The notes below the pieces were generated by a model. The model saw nothing but the letters and a program-made list of their open reading frames with translations, was not told the origin of the DNA and did no database searches. Below are positions 1 through 7,979 of a DNA stretch of 32,000 nt, one piece after another (position 1 is the stretch's first letter; each line of letters opens with the position of its first letter). Source of the DNA: Mycolicibacterium smegmatis (GTDB taxonomy: Bacteria > Actinomycetota > Actinomycetes > Mycobacteriales > Mycobacteriaceae); the NCBI RefSeq assembly GCF_001457595.1, contig NZ_LN831039.1:960001-992000 (forward strand), in the 5' to 3' direction. The translations under genes were made by a program, and so were the position numbers.

Positions 1-412
1 CGACGTCGTGCAGTTCCCGCGCGTCGGCGCACACCAGCTCCAGCACCACCGGGTACGGGCCCGTTGTCGATGTGACGTAGTCGGTTTCCGGTAGCTGCGC
101 GAGCCCGGCCGCCAGATCGACCGGGGACCGGGTGCCGTCCGTGGTCACCAGTGCCAGGGCCAATGAGCCGAACCCGAGCAGCGCGGGGTCCGTCACGGCG
201 GCGATCGTCACGAAGTTTTCGTCGATCAGTCGCGAAACGCGTCGGCGCACAGTCTTTTCGGTGACGTCGACGCGACGTGCCAGCTCCGCGTACGGGATCC
301 GGCCGTCCACCTGCAGGTGATGGATCAACTGCAGGTCCAGGGAATCGAGATCGCCGGCCACCGCATCGGACTGCAGCGGCCGATTCCCGTACGACTCCGG
401 TGGCGATGGCAT
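1..412 (-). CDS. Lrp/AsnC family transcriptional regulator (partial; C-terminus runs off the left window edge)
   Basis: Absent from the ORF track because it is open at the window edge. Reverse-complement translation from ATG at 412..410 reads MPSPPESYGNRPLQSDAVAGDLDSLDLQLIHHLQVDGRIPYAELARRVDVTEKTVRRRVSRLIDENFVTIAAVTDPALLGFGSLALALV... This is the canonical Lrp/AsnC HTH followed by the start of the AsnC-type ligand domain. Confidence 0.8.
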   Translation of the reverse strand, partial: MPSPPESYGNRPLQSDAVAGDLDSLDLQLIHHLQVDGRIPYAELARRVDVTEKTVRRRVSRLIDENFVTIAAVTDPALLGFGSLALALVTTDGTRSPVDLAAGLAQLPETDYVTSTTGPYPVVLELVCADARELHDV

Positions 413-508
413 GCACAGAGGTTACTAGCCTTGCGGTGACCGCTCGATCCGTCGCGAACCGTCTCGGGACGCATTGACCTGCGCGCGGCCAGGGACCATC
501 CTGGCCGC

Positions 509-1135
509 ATGACGGTCACCCCGATGTTCCCGCTCGAAGTGGCGATGCTGCCGGGCGAGGAACTTCCGCTGAGGATCTTCGAACCCCGGTATCTGGCACT
601 GGTCAGCGACTGCATGGCCATGCCGGAACCGGCGTTCGGGGTGGTGCTGATCTCGGCCGGGCGCGAGGTGGGTGGCGGTGACAGGCGATGCGACATCGGG
701 GCGCTGGCGCGGATCATCGACTGCCAGAACCTCGGCGCCGACCGGTACCGGCTGGCGTGCGTGCTCGGCGAGCGCATCCGGGTGCTGCAGTGGCTCGACG
801 ACGCGCCCTACCCGCGCGCCGACCTCGAGCCGTGGCCCGACGAACCGGGTGAGCCCGTCGAGGAGTCGGAGGTGGCCGCCGTCGAGGAACGCATCGTCGC
901 GTTGTTCGACCTGATCGGGGAGGCCAGCGGGAAACCCGTGCCCAGCCGTGACATCGTCGCCGCTGCCGGTCTGGACCCCGAGAATCGGCTGTATGCGCTG
1001 GCAGCGCGCGTGCCGATGGGTCAGGCCGACCGCTACTCGGTGCTGTCTGCGCCCACCGAGGCCGCGCGTCTGGCAGCCCTGAGCGAAGCCGTCGACACTG
1101 TCACCGCGATGGTCGAGTTCCAGATTTCCGAATAG
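509..1135 (+). CDS. LON peptidase N-terminal (substrate-binding) domain protein
   Basis: 208-aa ORF. The N-terminus MFPLEVAMLPGEELPLRIFEPRYLALV matches the PLFPL..VLLPG..LPL.IFEPRY signature of the Lon N-terminal/PUA-like domain. It is divergent from the Lrp gene. Confidence 0.8.
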   Translation: MTVTPMFPLEVAMLPGEELPLRIFEPRYLALVSDCMAMPEPAFGVVLISAGREVGGGDRRCDIGALARIIDCQNLGADRYRLACVLGERIRVLQWLDDAPYPRADLEPWPDEPGEPVEESEVAAVEERIVALFDLIGEASGKPVPSRDIVAAAGLDPENRLYALAARVPMGQADRYSVLSAPTEAARLAALSEAVDTVTAMVEFQISE

Positions 1136-1170
1136 AGCGAATAGATCGACCGTTCGCAGCGTTAACTATT

Positions 1171-1236
1171 GCGAGTGTGAAACCTCTGCGATTTTTTGGC
1201 GATTTATTCGCAGAGGTTTCGCACTCGTCTTTTTGG
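1171..1236 (+). terminator. Candidate intrinsic terminator of the LON-domain gene (first REP-A unit plus T-tract)
   Basis: 20-bp stem: 1171-1190 GCGAGTGTGAAACCTCTGCG pairs with 1209-1228 CGCAGAGGTTTCGCACTCGT. The two non-Watson-Crick positions are G.U wobbles on the plus-strand RNA but C.A mismatches on the minus strand. The stem is followed immediately by CTTTTTGG (T-run 1230-1234). Confidence 0.55.
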
Positions 1237-1307
1237 CCGCTGACCTCCGCGAGTGTGAAGCCTGTGCGAGAAAACCGCAGAAATCTCGCTGAGGATTCAC
1301 AATCGCG
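1171..1307. repeat. Tandem pair of ~58-nt palindromic REP-like elements (family A, core GCGAGTGTGAA)
   Basis: Unit 1 is 1171-1228 (near-perfect hairpin). Unit 2 is 1249-1307 (GCGAGTGTGAAGCCTGTGCGAG ... CTCGCTGAGGATTCACAATCGC, about 4 mismatches in 22). Both begin GCGAGTGTGAA and lie between the convergent ends of the LON-domain gene and mrpG. Confidence 0.55.
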
Positions 1308-1320
1308 GACACGTGAAGCG

Positions 1321-1674
1321 TCAGCGCCGCCGGTGCGGGTCGGTTTCGCCGAGTTCGGCCATCTCGTCGCGGGTCAGCAGGTCGTCGCGGATGTTCTGCT
1401 CGCGGTAGGCGAGCTGGCCGACGCGGTTGGCGATCACCGGCGCGGTGATGATCGTGAACACCCCGGCGAGCACCAGCATGCCGACGTCGGCGTTGCCGCG
1501 CAGCCGGATCATCGCGCCCGCGATCACCAGCAGCAGGCCCAGCACCTGCGGCTTGGTGGCCGCGTGCATGCGCGACAAGGTGTCGGGAAAGCGGACGATG
1601 CCGATGGCCGCGGTCAGGGCCAGGGTCGAGCCACCGAGGATGAGAACTCCGGTGATGATGTCGGGGATGTTCAC
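1321..1674 (-). CDS. mrpG: Na+/H+ (monovalent cation/H+) antiporter Mrp subunit G
   Basis: This is the in-frame 3' part of track ORF 1321..2007. I place the start at GTG 1674..1672, forming a GTGA overlap with the mrpF stop. The product VNIPDIITGVLILGGSTLALTAAIGIVRFPDTLSRMHAATKPQVLG... is typical MnhG/PhaG. It is the last gene of the operon. Confidence 0.85.
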   Translation of the reverse strand: MNIPDIITGVLILGGSTLALTAAIGIVRFPDTLSRMHAATKPQVLGLLLVIAGAMIRLRGNADVGMLVLAGVFTIITAPVIANRVGQLAYREQNIRDDLLTRDEMAELGETDPHRRR

Positions 1675-1961
1675 GGTTTCCTCCGCCGCGGTGGGAGGGG
1701 CTCGTCGGTGTCGGGCACGCGGAAGCGTGCGACGCTGACCGAGCCGACGAAGCTGATCAGCGCCAGCGCGGTCATGCTGTAGGTAACGGTGGTGTCGAGG
1801 CTGAACGCGGCCCACGTGCCGATCGAGCACAACGTGACCGCCACCAGGGTGTCGAGCGCGACCAGACGGTCCAGCGTGCTCGGACCGGCCAGCAGCCGGA
1901 ACATCGTGACCGCGGCGGCCGCGGTCAGCATCACCGCGGCGATACCCCAAACCCAGTTCAC
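1671..1961 (-). CDS. mrpF: Mrp antiporter subunit F
   Basis: 96-aa, three-helix hydrophobic protein (MNWVWGIAAVMLTAAAAVTMFRLLAGPSTLDRLVALDTL...), typical MnhF. It makes 4-nt overlaps with mrpE and mrpG. Confidence 0.85.
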   Translation of the reverse strand: MNWVWGIAAVMLTAAAAVTMFRLLAGPSTLDRLVALDTLVAVTLCSIGTWAAFSLDTTVTYSMTALALISFVGSVSVARFRVPDTDEPLPPRRRKP

Positions 1962-2497
1962 GAGGCGTCCACCTCCTTCTCCGCTGACGGCTGCCAGTCG
2001 GCGTCACGCTCGAACGTTTTCACGAGCAACCGCTGCAACTGGTCGACCTGGGTGTAGAACCGGTTGACGGCACGATCGGATCCCACGTCGAGCACGTGCA
2101 CGTAGATCATCCGCCTCGTCTGGTCGATCTCCAGCGCGATGGTGCCGGGGGTCAGGTTGATGATGTTGACGGCAAGCGCCAGAACGAGATCCGATTTGAC
2201 CGCCAGATGGACCCGCAGAACCGCGGTCAGCGGCGGCGGGCCGGGTCGCACCGCGAGCCACGCCACCTGCACCGAGGACGAGAGTAGCTGGAAGATCACC
2301 CAGGCAACGAGTTTCAGAAGCGACAGTGGGTGGAGCCTGCCTTCCACCGGAACCGGAGGCAGGGGCAGCAGCACCGTGATCGCGACGGCGATGATCGTGC
2401 CGCCGACGATGTTGGCCGGCGACAGATCGCCCCACAGCAGAACCCAGACCAGCACCAAAAAGCACAGGACCCAGGCCCGAAGCAGCAGACGTCTCAT
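1958..2497 (-). CDS. mrpE: Mrp antiporter subunit E
   Basis: 179-aa ORF with an MnhE-like N-terminal membrane segment plus a soluble C-domain. Its ATG overlaps the mrpD stop (ATGA). Confidence 0.85.
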   Translation of the reverse strand: MRRLLLRAWVLCFLVLVWVLLWGDLSPANIVGGTIIAVAITVLLPLPPVPVEGRLHPLSLLKLVAWVIFQLLSSSVQVAWLAVRPGPPPLTAVLRVHLAVKSDLVLALAVNIINLTPGTIALEIDQTRRMIYVHVLDVGSDRAVNRFYTQVDQLQRLLVKTFERDADWQPSAEKEVDAS

Positions 2498-4089
2498 CGT
2501 GGCTCTCCCAGCACGGCGGTGATGTACTGCCCGCGGTCGATCACCTCGGCCGCCGCGCGCTCACTGAACGCGAAGATCGGCCCGGCCGCGACGGTGAGCA
2601 CCAGGCCCACCACGATCAGTGCGGCGGTGGGGATGAGCATGCCGATGGGCATGCGTCCCACGCCTTCCCGATCGGCGTACTCGATGTCCTCACCGTCGTC
2701 GAGCAGCACGGCGGGTGCGGCCTGCGAAAGATGCCCCTCGGGTGCGTCGGCGCGCGTGCGCCAGAACGCCTTCGTCCACACCCGGGCGACGACGTACAAC
2801 GTCAGCAGGCTGGTCACGACGCCGCCGGCCACCAGGGTCCAGGCGAGGGCCGAGCCGTTCGCGGCGCCGGCCTCCATGAGCGCGATCTTGCCGATGAAGC
2901 CCGAGAACGGCGGGATGCCACCGAGGTTGAGCGCCGGGACCACCCACACGAACGCCAGCACCGGGCTGGCGGCGGCCAGGCCGCCGAGGCGCTGCAGGGT
3001 CGACGCACCTGCCTGCCGTTCGATGAGCCCCACCACCAGGAACAGCGTCGTCTGCACCACGATGTGGTGGGCGACGTAGTAGATGGCGCCGGCCATGCCC
3101 AGCTCGTTGCCCAACGCGATGCCGAACACCATGTAGCCGATGTGACTGACGAGCGTGAACGACAACAGACGCTTGATGTCGCTCTGCGCGATGGCACCCA
3201 GGATGCCGATCACCATCGTCAGCAGACCCGCCACCAGCAGCACCGAGTCCAGACCGCCGTCGGGGAACAGCAGCGAGTGCGCCCGGATGATCGCGTACAC
3301 ACCGACTTTCGTCAGCAATCCGGCGAACACCGCGGTGACCGGTGCGGGAGCGGTGGGGTAGGAGTCGGGCAACCACGCCGACAGGGGGAACACCGCGGCC
3401 TTGATGCCGAACGCCACCAGCAGCACCGCGAAGATCGCCGTGCGGGTGCCGGGTGGAAGGTCGGTGAGGCGCACGCCCAGTTCGGCCAGGTTCAGCGTGC
3501 CCGTGGACGCGTACACCAGCGCGATGCCGATGAGGAAGATCATCGACGACACCATCGACACCAGCACGTAGGAGATGCCGGCGCGGACACGGTCGGCGCT
3601 CGCGCCGATGGTCAGCAGCACGAAGCTCGCGGCGAGCAGCACCTCGAACCCGACGAACAGGTTGAACAGGTCACCTGCGAGGAACGCGGTGTACACACCC
3701 GCCGACAGCACCAGGTACGTCGGCATGAAGATCGACACGGGCTGGCGCTCGTCGCCGTCGCGGATACCCTGACCGATGGCGTACACGACCACCGCCAGCA
3801 GCACGATCGACGACACCACGAGCATCAGCGCCGACAAGCGGTCCACCACGAGCGTGATGCCCAGCGGCCCCATGCCGGGGATGGCCTGATCCCATCCGCC
3901 GACATGCAGGACCAGCGTGCCGTCCCGGTCGGACAGGTACAGCAGTACACCACACACCGCGACGACGGCGGTCAGCGCGATCTGGGCGATGGCCCGCTGC
4001 AGGTGCGGACGCCTGCCCGCGATGAGCGTCGCCGCTGCCGCCAGGGTGGGGATCAGCACCGGCAACGGGATGAGGGTCTGCACCATCAC
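2494..4089 (-). CDS. mrpD: Mrp antiporter subunit D (NuoM/N-like proton-conducting membrane transporter)
   Basis: 531-aa polytopic protein of NuoL/M/N-type composition. The start is GTG 4089 or the adjacent ATG 4086, and both overlap the mrpC stop. Confidence 0.9.
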   Translation of the reverse strand: MMVQTLIPLPVLIPTLAAAATLIAGRRPHLQRAIAQIALTAVVAVCGVLLYLSDRDGTLVLHVGGWDQAIPGMGPLGITLVVDRLSALMLVVSSIVLLAVVVYAIGQGIRDGDERQPVSIFMPTYLVLSAGVYTAFLAGDLFNLFVGFEVLLAASFVLLTIGASADRVRAGISYVLVSMVSSMIFLIGIALVYASTGTLNLAELGVRLTDLPPGTRTAIFAVLLVAFGIKAAVFPLSAWLPDSYPTAPAPVTAVFAGLLTKVGVYAIIRAHSLLFPDGGLDSVLLVAGLLTMVIGILGAIAQSDIKRLLSFTLVSHIGYMVFGIALGNELGMAGAIYYVAHHIVVQTTLFLVVGLIERQAGASTLQRLGGLAAASPVLAFVWVVPALNLGGIPPFSGFIGKIALMEAGAANGSALAWTLVAGGVVTSLLTLYVVARVWTKAFWRTRADAPEGHLSQAAPAVLLDDGEDIEYADREGVGRMPIGMLIPTAALIVVGLVLTVAAGPIFAFSERAAAEVIDRGQYITAVLGEPR

Positions 4090-4553
4090 TTGGAACCCTC
4101 GAATCCGGGCAGGGCGTCGAGCTCGTCGGGAGCATCGGTGTCGCGGCTGGCATCGGGCTTGGGGATGTCGTCCTCGTCTTCGTCCTCGTCGACGACCTTG
4201 AGGGACACGCGGGTGTCCTCGGGGTCGTTGCTGACTTCTTCGATCGTGGTCAAGCGGTACGAGCGATAGGCGAGTGCGAGCACGAACGCCGCGATACCCA
4301 TGCTGATCACGATGGCCGTCAGGATCATGCCCTGCGCCAGGGGATCTGCCGTCGCTTCGGAGCCGTTGCTGGTGCGCCCACGGATCGGGGGGTTACCCGA
4401 TGCGCCGCCGACGGTGAGGATCAGCAGGTTCACGGCATTGCCGATCAGCAACAGCCCCAGCAGCATTCGGGTCAGGTTGCGTTCCAGCAGCAGGTAGACG
4501 CCGGTGCTGGTGAGTCCGCCGATCATGATGAGCGGGACGATGTAAGTGGTCAT
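4086..4553 (-). CDS. mrpC: Mrp antiporter subunit C (NuoK-like) with acidic C-terminal tail
   Basis: 155-aa ORF. The first ~100 aa form three TM helices typical of MnhC/NuoK (MTTYIVPLIMIGGLTSTGVYLLLERNLTRMLLGLLLIGNAVNLLIL). The C-terminus is an acidic tail (VVDEDEDEDDIPKPD...). Its ATG shares one base with the mrpA stop. Confidence 0.9.
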   Translation of the reverse strand: MTTYIVPLIMIGGLTSTGVYLLLERNLTRMLLGLLLIGNAVNLLILTVGGASGNPPIRGRTSNGSEATADPLAQGMILTAIVISMGIAAFVLALAYRSYRLTTIEEVSNDPEDTRVSLKVVDEDEDEDDIPKPDASRDTDAPDELDALPGFEGSK

Positions 4554-7432
4554 CAGGCCGCCGCCTTCTGGGGTTGGCCGGACTCGGCGAGTTCGACGTC
4601 GACCCGCGCGCCGAGGCTGCGCAGCACGTCGAGCACCAGGCCGACGACGATCAGGTACACGCCGAGGTCGAAGAACAGCGCCGTCACGAACTTGATCGGG
4701 CCGATCACCGGCACGTCGAGCTGCACCACGGCCGACGACAACGCGGGCGCGCCGAGCAGAAGCGACGCCACCGCGGTACCGGCCGACAACCCGAGCCCGG
4801 TGCCGAGGATCTTCCCGGCGTCCAGCGGCAGCGTCTCACCCAGCTCGTAGCGGCCGCCGGCGAGGTAGCGCAGCACCAACGCGAGGCCCGCGACCAGGCC
4901 GCCCGCGAATCCCCCGCCGGGGGTGTTGTGGCCGGCGAAGAAGAAGTACGCCGAGAGCACCATGATCAGCGGGAAGATGAGCCGCGTCGCCACCTCCAGG
5001 ATCAACGACCGGTGCCGAGGATCGCGCAGCTCGCTGCCGCGCAGCCACGTCACGTCGCCCGCGGCGGGGCTGTACGCCGCCACCGGCCCGATGTCGGGCT
5101 GGCCCACCGCGGTGCTGACGCGCGGCGCCGCACCGAACCGGCGATGACGGAACACCAGCGACGCGACCCCGGTCGCCGCCACCAGCAGCACCATGACCTC
5201 GCCCATGGTGTCCCACGCGCGGATGTCGACCAGCAGGACGTTGACGGTGTTGGAACCGTGGCCGCGGTAGTACGCGGCGTCGGGCAGCAGCACGGCGACA
5301 CCGGGCCCGGTGCGCGCGGCCATCGCGTAGACCGTCAGCGTGGTGACGGCCGCGCCGACCGAGAGCGCGAGCAGCGCACGTGGCAGCCGGTTCTTGTTGA
5401 TGTTGGCGGCGTCGGCCTCGGCGGGCAGGGTCCGCAGCACCAGCACGAAGATCACCAGCACCAGCGTCTCGACCAGGAACTGCGTCAACGCCAGATCGGG
5501 TGCGCCGTGGAACGCGAAGATCGCGCCGCAGCCGTACCCGGTGACACCGACCAGCAGCACCGCGGCCAGGCGGTTGCGCATGACCGTCGCGCCCAGCGCC
5601 GCGGCCAGCATCAGTAGCCCGACCACCACCTGCAGCGGCGAATCCCACAACTGCAGGTCGGGACGGTTGTGCGCGCCGAGCACCAGCGCCGCGGTGGGGA
5701 ACAGAACCAGGGTCAGCAGGATCACCGACTGCGTGGCGGGAAGCGAACCGCGTTGCGTCGACGCCGTCAGTCGCAGCGACACCACGTCGAGCCCGCGGAT
5801 CACCGCGTCGTAGATGCGGTCGGCGTTGCCCAGCGGCAGGAAACCGGACTTGGCCTTGGGCAGCCGGTGGCGGACGAGGAACACCGTGAAACCGGTCGCC
5901 AGCACCACGATCGACAACAGCAGCGGCAGGCCCACACCGTGCCACAGCGCGAGGTGGTAGGTGGATCCGCCTGGGACGGTGTCGGCGTAGTCCTCGAGCA
6001 CCGCGTCCAGACCCTTGGGCCACAACCCGAACACCAGGCCCGCCGCCGACAGGATGGCCGGGGCGAGCAGGAAGTTCACCGGGGGACGGTGCATCTCCGC
6101 GACGCGGACACTGGGGCCGGACAGTCCTTTCCCGGCGAACGCGCCCCACAGGAACCGCAGGCTGTAGATGGTGGTGAACACCGAGCCGACCACGATGCCG
6201 GTCAGCACGTACGGCGCGGCCGTGCCGAGGGCCGGGCTGTGCAGGACGGTCTCCAGGTCGGCTTCCTTGGCCACGAAACCGAAGAACGGCGGCAGCGCGG
6301 CCATGCTCGCCACCGCGCCGAGCGCGATGATCAGCAACGGCCGGTGCGCGCGGCCCAGCCCGGCCAGGCGCCGGATGTCGCGGGTGCCGGTGGCGTGGTC
6401 GATGACGCCCACCACCATGAACAGCGACGCCTTGAACATCGCGTGCGCGATCAGCATCGCCAGACCCGCGAGCATCATGTCGGGCCCGCCCGCGCCGACC
6501 ATCACCGTGATCAGGCCGAGCTGGCTGACCGTGCCGAACGCCAGGATGAGCTTGAGGTCGTATTCGCGCACCGCGCGCCACCCGGCCAGCAGCATCGTGA
6601 GCAGACCGAGCCCGATCACCATGGGACGCCAGAAGGCCGTGTCGGCGAATCCGGGGGTCATCCGCGCGATCAGGTACACACCGGCCTTCACCATGGCCGC
6701 GGCGTGCAGATACGCGCTGACCGGGGTGGGTGCGGCCATGGCACCCGGGAGCCAGAAGTGCATGGGCACGATGGCCGATTTCGACAGCGCGCCGATCAGG
6801 ATCAGCGCGATACCGACCGAGGCCGCGGTGCCCGTCGGCGGGGCGGCGATCAGCTCTGAGAGCAGGTATGTGCCGGCCATGTTGCCCAGCACGACGATGC
6901 CCGTCAGCATCGCCAGGCCGCCGAACGTCGTCACCAACAGCGCCTGGGTGGCGGCGCGGCGGCTGGTGGCGCGCTCGGCGTAGTGGCCGACCAGCAGGAA
7001 CGACAGCACCGTGGTGGTTTCCCAGAAGATGTAGAGCACCAGCATGTTGTCGCTGACCACCAGGCCGAACATCGCGCCCGAGAACGCGACCAGTTCAGCG
7101 GCGAAGCTGGGCAGCCGCTTCTCCATGCGACCGTCGTGGTGGTGGAAGTAGTGCGCGCAGTAGAAGAGCACCAGCGCGCCGATGGCGAGCACCAGCACGC
7201 TCATGATCGCCGCAAGCGAATCGAAGCGCAGGGTGAAATCCATCGACAGCTCGGGCACCCAGGACACCTGCACCGTCGGGACGTTGTCCGGACTGGGCCA
7301 GTTCAGCGCTACCCACACCAGTGAGCCGAGGGGCACCAGGGACAGCGGAAAAAACGCCATCCGGCCCCATCTGGCCACCATCAAGGGCGCCAACGCAGTG
7401 GCCACCGCGTGGGCGAGAAGAACGGCGAGCAT
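4553..7432 (-). CDS. mrpA: Mrp antiporter subunit A with fused MrpB domain (group-2 Mrp)
   Basis: The track ORF is 4553..7642. I place the start at ATG 7432..7430 (MLAVLLAHAVATALAPLMV...), preceded by GGAG. The 70 upstream codons are Arg/Pro-rich non-membrane sequence. The resulting 959-aa NuoL-like protein has a C-terminal MnhB-like membrane domain, and no separate mrpB gene is present. Confidence 0.9.
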   Translation of the reverse strand: MLAVLLAHAVATALAPLMVARWGRMAFFPLSLVPLGSLVWVALNWPSPDNVPTVQVSWVPELSMDFTLRFDSLAAIMSVLVLAIGALVLFYCAHYFHHHDGRMEKRLPSFAAELVAFSGAMFGLVVSDNMLVLYIFWETTTVLSFLLVGHYAERATSRRAATQALLVTTFGGLAMLTGIVVLGNMAGTYLLSELIAAPPTGTAASVGIALILIGALSKSAIVPMHFWLPGAMAAPTPVSAYLHAAAMVKAGVYLIARMTPGFADTAFWRPMVIGLGLLTMLLAGWRAVREYDLKLILAFGTVSQLGLITVMVGAGGPDMMLAGLAMLIAHAMFKASLFMVVGVIDHATGTRDIRRLAGLGRAHRPLLIIALGAVASMAALPPFFGFVAKEADLETVLHSPALGTAAPYVLTGIVVGSVFTTIYSLRFLWGAFAGKGLSGPSVRVAEMHRPPVNFLLAPAILSAAGLVFGLWPKGLDAVLEDYADTVPGGSTYHLALWHGVGLPLLLSIVVLATGFTVFLVRHRLPKAKSGFLPLGNADRIYDAVIRGLDVVSLRLTASTQRGSLPATQSVILLTLVLFPTAALVLGAHNRPDLQLWDSPLQVVVGLLMLAAALGATVMRNRLAAVLLVGVTGYGCGAIFAFHGAPDLALTQFLVETLVLVIFVLVLRTLPAEADAANINKNRLPRALLALSVGAAVTTLTVYAMAARTGPGVAVLLPDAAYYRGHGSNTVNVLLVDIRAWDTMGEVMVLLVAATGVASLVFRHRRFGAAPRVSTAVGQPDIGPVAAYSPAAGDVTWLRGSELRDPRHRSLILEVATRLIFPLIMVLSAYFFFAGHNTPGGGFAGGLVAGLALVLRYLAGGRYELGETLPLDAGKILGTGLGLSAGTAVASLLLGAPALSSAVVQLDVPVIGPIKFVTALFFDLGVYLIVVGLVLDVLRSLGARVDVELAESGQPQKAAA

Positions 7433-7506
7433 GGCACTCCGATCGGGTTGGGGTCGGGGTGTCAGCCTTATAGCTATGGGGGTAACTACGGCTTTTGGTT
7501 GAACCC

Positions 7507-7512
7507 ATTCTA
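7507..7512 (-). promoter_or_regulatory. Possible -10 hexamer (TAGAAT on minus strand) for the mrp operon
   Basis: Plus-strand ATTCTA at 7507-7512 reads TAGAAT on the minus strand, which fits the mycobacterial TANNNT -10 pattern. It lies ~75 nt upstream of the mrpA ATG in a locally AT-richer patch. There is no experimental support and other sites are possible. Confidence 0.25.
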
Positions 7513-7886
7513 AGGGGATGGGCCTGGCTACCATCGGTATGCAGAGACGCTGCCCGGCGGAGGGACGGCTCGCGTGGCAACCGACGGAGTCTTCGTAGTG
7601 GGCGCCTGCCCACCGGCGTGACGCCGACGTGTGAGCCGGCACTCGGCCGCGCGAGGACCGTTTTGCTGGCCGAGCGCACCAGCGCCACGGGCATCACCAG
7701 GGCATTTCCGGTCCACGCGCGCACTTGGAGGTGCTCGGCGGCCGTGGCCTGACCAACGATCTGCCGTCGCGCGGGTTGCCGGTCCCCGAGGTCGCCCCGC
7801 CCGCGGTGTGGTGTTCAAGCTCTCAAAGGTGCCGACCGAATTCGGCATGATCTTGATGGTTCGGCAAAGTGGCTCTCGCCGGCCCG

Positions 7887-7947
7887 CGCCGAGATTGCAC
7901 TGAGGGACAGATTCCGGAGCGAGGTCGTCCCTCAATGCAATCTCGGT
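7887..7947. repeat. REP-like palindromic element, family B, copy 1
   Basis: CGCCGAGATTGCACTGAGGGACAGATTCCGGAGCGAGGTCGTCCCTCAATGCAATCTCGGTG. Arms 7889-7908 and 7927-7946 are complementary with one mismatch, which would be a G.U wobble on the minus-strand RNA. It resembles the element at 8814-8876. Confidence 0.7.
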
Positions 7948-7979
7948 GAATTGTCGGTGCCGGGTGCCAGCATTCCGCC

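Noticed and set aside
474-502. TTGACC ... CATCCT as a promoter for the LON-domain gene
   Set aside because: The -10 candidate does not fit the TANNNT pattern, so the evidence is too weak to list as a feature.
2731-4269. 512-aa plus-strand ORF (also 2330..3079 and 4574..5617, and the minus-strand off-frame ORFs 3671..4153 and 4836..6581) overlapping the mrp genes
   Set aside because: The translations are Arg/His/Asp/Gln/Gly-rich with no hydrophobic core, which is typical of shadow or off-frame ORFs in high-GC DNA. The minus-strand Mrp frames give coherent polytopic membrane proteins with coupled junctions.
7440-7560. Possible ydaO-type (c-di-AMP) or other known riboswitch in the mrp leader
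   Set aside because: I found only vague resemblance (AGCTATAAGGCTGA and ACCCCGA-like segments). I could not reconstruct the conserved pseudo-symmetric helices or core motifs by eye, so an Infernal scan is needed before any claim.
7433-7642. N-terminal 70-codon extension of mrpA, plus similar upstream extensions of track ORFs for pssA (to 17831), moeA (19641), SDR (20930), AAA ATPase (16870), helicase (25349) and the glycine-rich protein (30090)
   Set aside because: The extensions are Arg/Pro-rich or overlap the upstream gene. The internal starts I chose have RBS-like sequences or stop-start overlaps, and they give N-termini typical of each family.
7495-7752. 85-aa plus ORF, and the 7528..7935 and 7095..7724 minus ORFs, in the mrp upstream region as small protein genes
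   Set aside because: They have no RBS and no recognisable fold or motif, and their composition is Arg/Ala/Pro-rich. The third-position GC bias is real but cannot discriminate strand. The region is reported as unexplained rather than as a CDS.
7836-7845. CCGAATTCGG 10-bp palindrome and neighbouring small hairpins as operator sites
   Set aside because: They are short enough to occur by chance in GC-rich DNA, have no second copy, and have no positional relation to a start site.
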